A stretch of 64,000 nucleotides of DNA, taken from the IMG/VR virus record IMGVR_UViG_3300034050_000143, one strand, 5' to 3'. Position 1 is the stretch's first letter. Each line of letters begins with the position of its first letter. The stretch is from an uncultured virus (IMG/VR IMGVR_UViG_3300034050_000143) (taxonomy: Duplodnaviria; Heunggongvirae; Uroviricota; Caudoviricetes; Crassvirales). Both the position numbers and the translations under genes were made by a program. The notes beneath the pieces were generated by a model. That model had not been told where the DNA came from, did not search any database, and was given only the letters and a program-made list of their open reading frames with translations. This document shows positions 10,073 through 16,848 of this stretch, piece by piece.

Positions 10073-10378
10073 TTATACTAAACTTGGTAACGCTCTAACA
10101 AAAGCGGGTAGATTGTTAGTATTAGTATAACTTCCGTACTTTTCGAAGCATGGCATTAAGTCAAATTTCGCTTTTAAAGCGTTATATACTACATCATGGT
10201 TGTAAGTACATAACTCTGACTTGTTATTGGTAAAACTAATGATAGTATTACTACCAATTAATGACTTGCGAATAACGAAGCGTTTAGTCGTTATACTGTT
10301 TGTAGTAACTGTTGTTACTGTTGAAGTTGCAGGAGCGATTGTAGTGGCTACTACTGCAGTGGCTTTTGACTTTGACAT
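10073..10378 (-). CDS. Triplicated early protein, copy 1 (Thr/Ala-rich N-terminal extension)
   Basis: ITTKRFVIRKSLIG...KYGSYTNTNNLP shared with 11247-11480 and 11832-12062. Confidence 0.9.
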   Translation of the reverse strand: MSKSKATAVVATTIAPATSTVTTVTTNSITTKRFVIRKSLIGSNTIISFTNNKSELCTYNHDVVYNALKAKFDLMPCFEKYGSYTNTNNLPAFVRALPSLV

Positions 10379-10418
10379 GGTAAAATAATTTAAAAGGTTA
10401 TGAGGATTATTATTAATC

Positions 10419-10457
10419 TTCGAATATATTATCTGACCATATTAATTGTAAGTCCGT
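10419..10457 (-). promoter_or_regulatory. Early promoter-like motif copy 4
   Basis: Same 39-bp consensus. Confidence 0.8.
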
Positions 10458-10524
10458 GTGGTGTATAGCAGAAGTCACTCGTAATAAATACAATAGAATT
10501 ACTTGAAGTATGGACGAAAGTCGG

Positions 10525-10560
10525 CTCTGCCTGCCAATTCCACAATTAAGTAGAGTAAAA
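10525..10560. repeat. 36-bp intergenic repeat, copy A
   Basis: 31/36 identical to 11179-11214. Confidence 0.8.
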
Positions 10561-10596
10561 GGCCACCGTAGTGACCTTATTTAGTGGTTATTTTAG

Positions 10597-11060
10597 TTAA
10601 ATATCATAATACTTATCAATTATTGCTCCTAACCACTCCATAGTCTCATTAGATGCTCTAAAGTCTACTAAACTGTTGTCAGAATTAGATATTACTGCAT
10701 CAAAGGATACTGTTATTACTCTCACTAGGACATCATCTTCATAGATGAAGGTATTAGTACCATCAGTGAATTCTGTGTATTCTGTACCTGATTCTTTCAT
10801 TACTTTTTTAAGTAGTTTCATGTGTTTTTATTTAAAGGTTATTAATTAAATTCTTTGATAAAGTCAATCTCTTTTACATAGAATGTATGACTTACTCTTT
10901 GTTGGTCAACTACTTCAACTTGTTCTGAAAGATGGTTGTGGTATAACTCTTCAGGGTCAACATAGTACCAAGAGTTATTGATGGAAACCATAGTTGGAAA
11001 GTCATCATTAGGAATTGCTTTGTAAAGTTCTTTAGTGTTTTTTAATTTAACTTGTGTCAT
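10597..11060 (-). CDS. Two short acidic hypothetical genes (10597-10821, 10842-11060)
   Basis: ORFs between promoter copy 5 and a terminator hairpin at ~10557-10578. Confidence 0.65.
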
Positions 11061-11088
11061 GGTAATTAAGTATTAGATTATTATTAAA

Positions 11089-11127
11089 TTCATAGATATT
11101 ATCTCACTAAAAATCTTGTAAGTCCGT
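11089..11127 (-). promoter_or_regulatory. Early promoter-like motif copy 5
   Basis: Same 39-bp consensus. Confidence 0.8.
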
Positions 11128-11178
11128 GTAGTGTATAGCACTATTCACTATAATGAGATCGTTAGTGATTGAACACAC

Positions 11179-11214
11179 CTCTGCCTGTCCATTCCACCAA
11201 TAGGTAGAGTAAAA
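11179..11214. repeat. 36-bp intergenic repeat, copy B
   Basis: 31/36 identical to 10525-10560; abuts terminator hairpin CCCTC/GAGGG. Confidence 0.8.
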
Positions 11215-11246
11215 AACCCTCCTAAGAGGGCTTTAGTTAACTATTA

Positions 11247-11480
11247 TTATACTAACTCTTTAAGTGATCTAACAAATACTGGTAGATTATTAGTGTTAGT
11301 GTAACTACCATACTTATTAAAACATGGCATACTTTCAAACTTATCTTTGAGTTGATTATAGACTTTGTCATGGTCATAAGTCATTAACTCATTCTTGTTG
11401 TTAGTAAAACTAATTACTGTGTTAGTTCCAATTAGACTTCTTCTGATTACAAATCTTTTTGTAGTGATTGTGTTTGACAT
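11247..11480 (-). CDS. Triplicated early protein, copy 2
   Basis: 62/74 aa identical to copy 3 by hand alignment. Confidence 0.9.
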   Translation of the reverse strand: MSNTITTKRFVIRRSLIGTNTVISFTNNKNELMTYDHDKVYNQLKDKFESMPCFNKYGSYTNTNNLPVFVRSLKELV

Positions 11481-11518
11481 GGTAATATATATTAAGTTAA
11501 TGAAGATCATTATTAATC

Positions 11519-11557
11519 TTCAAATATATTATCTGACTATAAAACTTGTAAGTCCGT
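11519..11557 (-). promoter_or_regulatory. Early promoter-like motif copy 6
   Basis: Same 39-bp consensus. Confidence 0.8.
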
Positions 11558-11831
11558 GTATAGCAGATAGTTACTACAATGTAATACGAAAGTATGACGT
11601 AGGACGGAGTCTACTCTTCCGACTCTATTTCAAAGTCAGGCCTAAAAAGGATGCCTTTCGACATCCCTTATTTAATTATCGTATCAAAGATCTTACTACA
11701 AAGTACATTGCTATTGAACATCCGAAGATGACCTGTGGCTTTGCACAACTAAAGAAATACTTTACATGCTTCATGTTATATATATTAGATTAATAAATTA
11801 AGCAGTTTAACGACTTGCTTAGGTCGATGCA

Positions 11832-12062
11832 TTATACTAACTCAGGTAGCGCTCGTACAAACGCTGGTAGGTTATTAGTATTAGTATAAGAACCATATTT
11901 AGCAAAGCACGGCATAAGATCGAACTTAGCTTTTAACTGGTTATATACTTTGTCGTGGTCGTAAGTACATTCAACGTTCTTGTTGTTCGTGAAAGTGATT
12001 ACTGTGTTTGTTCCGATCAAAGACTTTCTGATAACGAAACGTTTTGTTGTGATTGTATTCAT
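11832..12062 (-). CDS. Triplicated early protein, copy 3
   Basis: Paralog of copies 1 and 2. Confidence 0.9.
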   Translation of the reverse strand: MNTITTKRFVIRKSLIGTNTVITFTNNKNVECTYDHDKVYNQLKAKFDLMPCFAKYGSYTNTNNLPAFVRALPELV

Positions 12063-12116
12063 AACTGTGGTTGAATTTATGGTTTAATATATAATTAATT
12101 TTATATATAATTTAAA

Positions 12117-12155
12117 TTCAAATATATTATCAAATAAAATAAATAGTAATTCCGT
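12117..12155 (-). promoter_or_regulatory. Early promoter-like motif copy 7
   Basis: Same 39-bp consensus. Confidence 0.75.
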
Positions 12156-12341
12156 GTGCTTGAATAAAGTTTAAAAAAATAGTAACTCCGTGTATAGCAA
12201 ATATAAATAGCTAAACCCTATTTTTAAACCATGCCAATCACATTCATTATAAACCCCTAAATCCTATAAAGTTGGGGAACCCGCCATTTAAAAACCAATT
12301 TGCCTTTTGAAAAAGAAAATAGAAAAAGGGGTAGTAACCCT

Positions 12342-12375
12342 ATAATTCCCTATATCTCATAATTCCCTATATCTC
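12342..12375. repeat. Tandem 17-bp repeat ATAATTCCCTATATCTC x2
   Basis: Exact tandem duplication in the strand-switch intergenic region. Confidence 0.9.
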
Positions 12376-12480
12376 ACAACAAAAAAAATTTTTTTTACAG
12401 TATTTTTTTACGATGCATTATATTATGGACAAAAGCGTTGATTATGTATATAATATGATACATTTTTATTTTCAATACTA

Positions 12481-12525
12481 TGACATTAGGGTACTAGAAA
12501 GAAAGAGTAATAGGCTATTGTCACA
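12481..12525. repeat. 45/46-bp element copy B
   Basis: Direct repeat of 9958-10003. Confidence 0.85.
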
Positions 12526-12537
12526 CTAAACAAATAT

Positions 12538-12565
12538 GTAAAAATCACTGTTTATTTGTGATAGT
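12538..12565 (+). promoter_or_regulatory. Middle/late promoter-like motif (GTAAA-N15-GTRATW)
   Basis: Same spacing at 22814, 26941, 37480, 43078 (+) and 62340 (-); sits just before tRNA-Met. Confidence 0.65.
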
Positions 12566-12575
12566 ATATCTATAA

Positions 12576-12646
12576 CGCGGTTTAGTGTAATTGGCAGCAT
12601 TCCGGGCTCATAACCCAGAGGCGAGGTTCGAGTCCTTGATCCGCAA
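12576..12646 (+). tRNA. tRNA-Met(CAT), initiator-type
   Basis: Cloverleaf; loop CT-CAT-AA; three G-C pairs closing the anticodon stem; C1:A72 mismatch; T loop TTCGAGT; no encoded CCA. Confidence 0.85.
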
Positions 12647-12660
12647 CTAAAAACAACATT

Positions 12661-12963
12661 ATGGCATTCCAATTAAGATCACAGTCACCTATAAAACAAT
12701 TCACTCCGCCTGGTAAAGGGAGGAAGACAGTTGAGGCCGGCATTAGCGCTGATAAAGAAACAATGACACTAAGCCCTTATTTAAACGCTAACTCTGGAAA
12801 ATTCAATGCCAATGCAAGTGCAAATATATCACCAGAAGGAAAAAGCTTTAATGCTGGGTTGAACTACAATAAAGGAGGACTATCTGCTGGGGTAGGAGTT
12901 GAAAAAATTCCTGGGTTAAAGCCAAATATGACAGCAAACATTAGTTACAGCAAAACATTTTAA
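12661..12963 (+). CDS. Small beta-rich protein, probable virion component
   Basis: MAFQLRSQS start shared with next gene; alternating beta-strand pattern, C-terminal Phe. Confidence 0.7.
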   Translation: MAFQLRSQSPIKQFTPPGKGRKTVEAGISADKETMTLSPYLNANSGKFNANASANISPEGKSFNAGLNYNKGGLSAGVGVEKIPGLKPNMTANISYSKTF

Positions 12964-12967
12964 TATC

Positions 12968-13621
12968 ATGGCATTCCAACTAAGATCTCAATCATCTACA
13001 AAGCAAAAAGAAGATCCTTACGTAGCTAGTAGACTTAAAGCTAAAGCAAAAGGTAGTAACCCAATGTCTTTTGAAGAATACGGAAATAGAAATCCTATAG
13101 TTAAGTCTATTGTACAGTTTGTGGATCCTACTGGATATACATCGCATGGTGATGTTAAGAAAGCTTGGAATGACGGCAAAACAAATTCTGATGATATACT
13201 AGAACCATTAGGAGCAATACCACTTATAGGTAAGATACCTAAAGTAATTAAAGCTATTAAAGGAATAAGCAATGTAACAAGAGCTGCTAAAATAGGATCA
13301 GATATAAATAGATTCACTTCAAAGGTAAATAAAACAGGTAAGTTTATTAATGCAGAGAAAGTAGCGGAATCACCTTTACAGAAACAAAAGTTATCTCCTT
13401 TAGCTGCCAAGAAAAAAGCTGCTAGAGATCTAGCCTATGCTAAGACTGATGATAGGAGAGCGAAGAAGGCGCATGCGCAAAGAAAGCATCGTTCGGATCC
13501 TAAGGGAGATGGTAAGGATTGGGATCATGAAGACCAACAGTGGGAGACTGCTAAGAGGAATAGGGGAAATGATGGCAATGGAACAAAGAGTGAGAGTGGT
13601 AAAAAATACAGTACAAAATAA
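12968..13621 (+). CDS. Basic two-part protein; C-terminal HNH-like (KDWDH...NR) segment
   Basis: 217-aa ORF; motif resemblance only. Confidence 0.6.
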   Translation: MAFQLRSQSSTKQKEDPYVASRLKAKAKGSNPMSFEEYGNRNPIVKSIVQFVDPTGYTSHGDVKKAWNDGKTNSDDILEPLGAIPLIGKIPKVIKAIKGISNVTRAAKIGSDINRFTSKVNKTGKFINAEKVAESPLQKQKLSPLAAKKKAARDLAYAKTDDRRAKKAHAQRKHRSDPKGDGKDWDHEDQQWETAKRNRGNDGNGTKSESGKKYSTK

Positions 13622-13639
13622 TTAATAAATAAAAACAAA

Positions 13640-14224
13640 ATGGCAATAATTCCAAGCGACGAGAAAGTGTTTATGGTCGATAAAAGAACAAATACAATAT
13701 ATGGTGGTAGTGCAGCTTTACAAGCTATGCAACAATGGTACACAATGCAAGACATAGCTGACACAATAGGTAATGTAACATTACATAAAGCAGCATCATC
13801 CACATATCAAACCGCCGCCGGTGTCTTGCAAAGCATTTCAGCGCCAATACCCAGTAGTATATTTACAAACGGTAATTTATTAAAATTAAATGCCGTTATA
13901 ACTACTACAGCGGCGAGCGTTGCCATTGCGACAATAGAATTTTATATAAATTCTGCGGCAACAACAGTTGGAGCAACTTTAATAGGTAGATACAATGGCC
14001 CTATTGGTAATCAATATATTCCAGTAGATAGATTCTTTTGGGTATCCGGCACAACTATCTATGGAAGGGATTTTACAGCTAGTGCGTCAACATCAACATC
14101 TAATTCAACTTTCGCAATCAATAGTGTTGCAATTCCAGCCACTGATTTTTACATAATTACACAGGTTACAACAACATCAACGGATAGAGCTTGCATATCA
14201 TCATTTCAAATAGAAAAATCATAA
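13640..14224 (+). CDS. Putative short fibre/decoration protein
   Basis: Thr/Ser/Ala-rich beta-type C-terminal domain in the virion module. Confidence 0.55.
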   Translation: MAIIPSDEKVFMVDKRTNTIYGGSAALQAMQQWYTMQDIADTIGNVTLHKAASSTYQTAAGVLQSISAPIPSSIFTNGNLLKLNAVITTTAASVAIATIEFYINSAATTVGATLIGRYNGPIGNQYIPVDRFFWVSGTTIYGRDFTASASTSTSNSTFAINSVAIPATDFYIITQVTTTSTDRACISSFQIEKS

Positions 14225-14229
14225 ATAAA

Positions 14230-14619
14230 ATGTACGGAAAAGGGATAGGCCCTCAAGGGTTAGGGACAAGCAAAAATAACGGATACACTATTGGGGAAGC
14301 GAGTGGAAGAGGATGTGGCTGCAATGGAGATTGCGGTTGTAGTCCATTAAAGAAAACAGCTGCTTGGACACGCAAAGAAGGGAAGTCTGCGACTGGCGGC
14401 CTCAATGCTAAAGGCGTTGCAAGTTATAGAAAAGAAAACCCGGGGAGTAAACTACAAACGGCAGTAACTAAAAAACCATCGGAATTAAAAGCTGGTAGTA
14501 AAGACGCTAACCGCAGAAAATCTTTCTGTGCTAGGATGTCTGGTATGCCAGGACCAATGAAAAAACCAAACGGAGAACCAACTAGAAAAAAACTTGCTTT
14601 AGACAAGTGGAACTGTTAA
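14230..14619 (+). CDS. Conserved small basic phage protein (DUF6321-like)
   Basis: AAWTRKEGK..GGLNAKG...RRKSFCARM...LAL.KWNC signature. Confidence 0.7.
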   Translation: MYGKGIGPQGLGTSKNNGYTIGEASGRGCGCNGDCGCSPLKKTAAWTRKEGKSATGGLNAKGVASYRKENPGSKLQTAVTKKPSELKAGSKDANRRKSFCARMSGMPGPMKKPNGEPTRKKLALDKWNC

Positions 14620-14629
14620 AAAATAAACT

Positions 14630-16411
14630 ATGCCAATAATATATTCATACCCATTAAATGTTGATATACTAGATACTGATATACTAGTTGGTACTTCTAC
14701 GGTTCTTGTTGGGCCTAAAAGAAAGAACCAGACTAAGAGTTTCAGCATGCTGGATATATACGGTTATATAGTGGACAAATTACCAGAACCTGAAATACCA
14801 ACATTACAACAAGTTACAGATATAGGTTCAACTACTACAAATAATATAACTGCTAATGGTTTTATTAAATCAGGCGGAACTTCAAGTCAATTCCTCAAAG
14901 CAGATGGAAGTGTAGATACTACTACTTATTTATCATCTATTCCAACATTACAACAAGTAGCAACCGCTGGAAATACTACTAATTTAGATATTAATATTAA
15001 TAGTTTAACAGTTGGTAAAGGTTCTGGGACCGGAATTAATAATACAGCAGTTGGAAATTTAGCTTTAAATTCTAATATAACGGGTAATAATAATACCGCA
15101 ACTGGAAAAGATGCTTTAAGTAATAATACATCAAGTAATAATACCGCTAATGGAGCAAATACATTAAGAGCGAATACTTCAGGAGATGGCAATACCGCTA
15201 TTGGGTATCAATCATTAATATTTAACACTACAGGTCGTCTTAATACAGGTTTAGGGATGCAGGCATTGGTTTTTAATACTACAGGTATTGAAAATGTTGC
15301 TGTTGGCTTTAATGCCATTCAATCTAATACTTCAGGTTCTTACAATACAGCTAGTGGAAATAGTTCTTTATTTAGTAATACAACAGGTAATAATAACACA
15401 GGTGTTGGGAATGGGGTACTTGGATACAATAGAGTAGGTTCAAATAACACAGCTTTAGGGGTTAACGCAGGCGGAAGAACTTCTCCTTCTGGCAGTAACA
15501 TAACATCAAATAATTCAGTGTTTTTAGGTTCCGAAACTAAAGCATTAGGTAATGACCAAACTAATCAAATAGTAATAGGTCACAATGCGATAGGTTTAGG
15601 TTCCAACAGTATTGTTTTGGGCAATAGTTTAACTATTGCAGCAGCTATATATGGAAATCTTTTACTAGGTTCAACATCTAATAACGGTGTAGATAAATTA
15701 CAGATTAATGGTTCGTTGGTCGCAACATCGATCAAAAAGTTAGACGGAACATCAAGTGAATTTTTAATGGCTGATGGTTCTGTTACTACAGCAGTAACCC
15801 CAACAATACCAACCTTACAACAAGTAACAGCCGCAGGAGCTACTACAGATAGAAGGATAACATTATCTTGTATTGAATCTTTTAAAGGAAGTGCTGGTTT
15901 AATTATAACGCCAGCAATTCCCATCCCGGGAGTTAGCATTAGGGGCGAAGGTCCATGTTTAATTGCTCACTCTACAGGTTCAAATGGAATATTAGTATCA
16001 ACTCAAAGCATATATGCTGCTGTAAAAGGAGAAAATGCTGATACAGGTGTTGCAGTACAAGGACATAATCTTGGTGACGGTATTGGTGTAGCAGTAAACG
16101 GATTAAGTAATTCAGGAACTGCTGGTTTATTTGAAATTGGTCTAGCTAATGGTAAAGGTGTGGTTATAAAGATGGCTGAAGGTCCTTATACTGGAGATAT
16201 GATGCAGTTTTATGTTGGTACGGTAATGAAAGCGTCAATAGACCATAATGGAAACTTTAAAATTCCATCTCTTTCATTAACAACTCTTAACACAGCCCCC
16301 GCTAACGCGTCAGCATCTGGTACTCTTGGTGAAATAAGATGGGATGCTAATTATATGTATGTATGTGTTGCTACAAATACTTGGAAAAGAAGTGCAATAA
16401 CAACTTGGTAA
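14630..16411 (+). CDS. Tail fibre / receptor-binding protein 1
   Basis: YadA-head-like N(T)AxG repeats, PTLQQVT and FLxADGS modules, C-terminal GEIRWDANYMYVC..TNTWKR domain. Confidence 0.8.
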   Translation: MPIIYSYPLNVDILDTDILVGTSTVLVGPKRKNQTKSFSMLDIYGYIVDKLPEPEIPTLQQVTDIGSTTTNNITANGFIKSGGTSSQFLKADGSVDTTTYLSSIPTLQQVATAGNTTNLDININSLTVGKGSGTGINNTAVGNLALNSNITGNNNTATGKDALSNNTSSNNTANGANTLRANTSGDGNTAIGYQSLIFNTTGRLNTGLGMQALVFNTTGIENVAVGFNAIQSNTSGSYNTASGNSSLFSNTTGNNNTGVGNGVLGYNRVGSNNTALGVNAGGRTSPSGSNITSNNSVFLGSETKALGNDQTNQIVIGHNAIGLGSNSIVLGNSLTIAAAIYGNLLLGSTSNNGVDKLQINGSLVATSIKKLDGTSSEFLMADGSVTTAVTPTIPTLQQVTAAGATTDRRITLSCIESFKGSAGLIITPAIPIPGVSIRGEGPCLIAHSTGSNGILVSTQSIYAAVKGENADTGVAVQGHNLGDGIGVAVNGLSNSGTAGLFEIGLANGKGVVIKMAEGPYTGDMMQFYVGTVMKASIDHNGNFKIPSLSLTTLNTAPANASASGTLGEIRWDANYMYVCVATNTWKRSAITTW

Positions 16412-16436
16412 TTATTTAATTACAAGCAAATAATCA

Positions 16437-16841
16437 ATGATAATAATGAATGATTTGAATAAATATATAGAAGCTCCCAATGAGCTTTTAGCTATGATGT
16501 ATAACCAAAATAATGTAAAACCTAATGATTTTTATGGGGACACTCTTTTTGTAGGTATGGGTAATTTATACTTTCAAACAAAAATATCTGTTGATAGTAT
16601 AACAATTATAGAAAAATATGCTGATGTGATTGAATTGCAAAAAAATAACATCTTACCAGAGTGGATAATTATTCAAGATGATGGATATATTTTTACAACT
16701 GACAAAAAGTTTGATGTTATTATGCTTGATATGTGGTATGAAATGATACCTGAAGAAGAATTAAATGAACAAATTAACAGATACAAAAAATTTTTAAAAA
16801 AAGACGGCAAAGTAATTTATTTGGAAACAATAAAAATATAA
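16437..16841 (+). CDS. Class I SAM-dependent methyltransferase-like (spermidine-synthase-like) protein
   Basis: LFVGMG (motif I), TIIEK (II), DG, KFDVIMLD (IV), LKKDG. Confidence 0.6.
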   Translation: MIIMNDLNKYIEAPNELLAMMYNQNNVKPNDFYGDTLFVGMGNLYFQTKISVDSITIIEKYADVIELQKNNILPEWIIIQDDGYIFTTDKKFDVIMLDMWYEMIPEEELNEQINRYKKFLKKDGKVIYLETIKI

Positions 16842-16848
16842 AAAACAA

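Noticed and set aside
7113..12199. CRISPR-like array from the recurring 39-bp motif
   Set aside because: Copies are hundreds to thousands of bp apart, separated by genes, with variable cores; they behave as promoters
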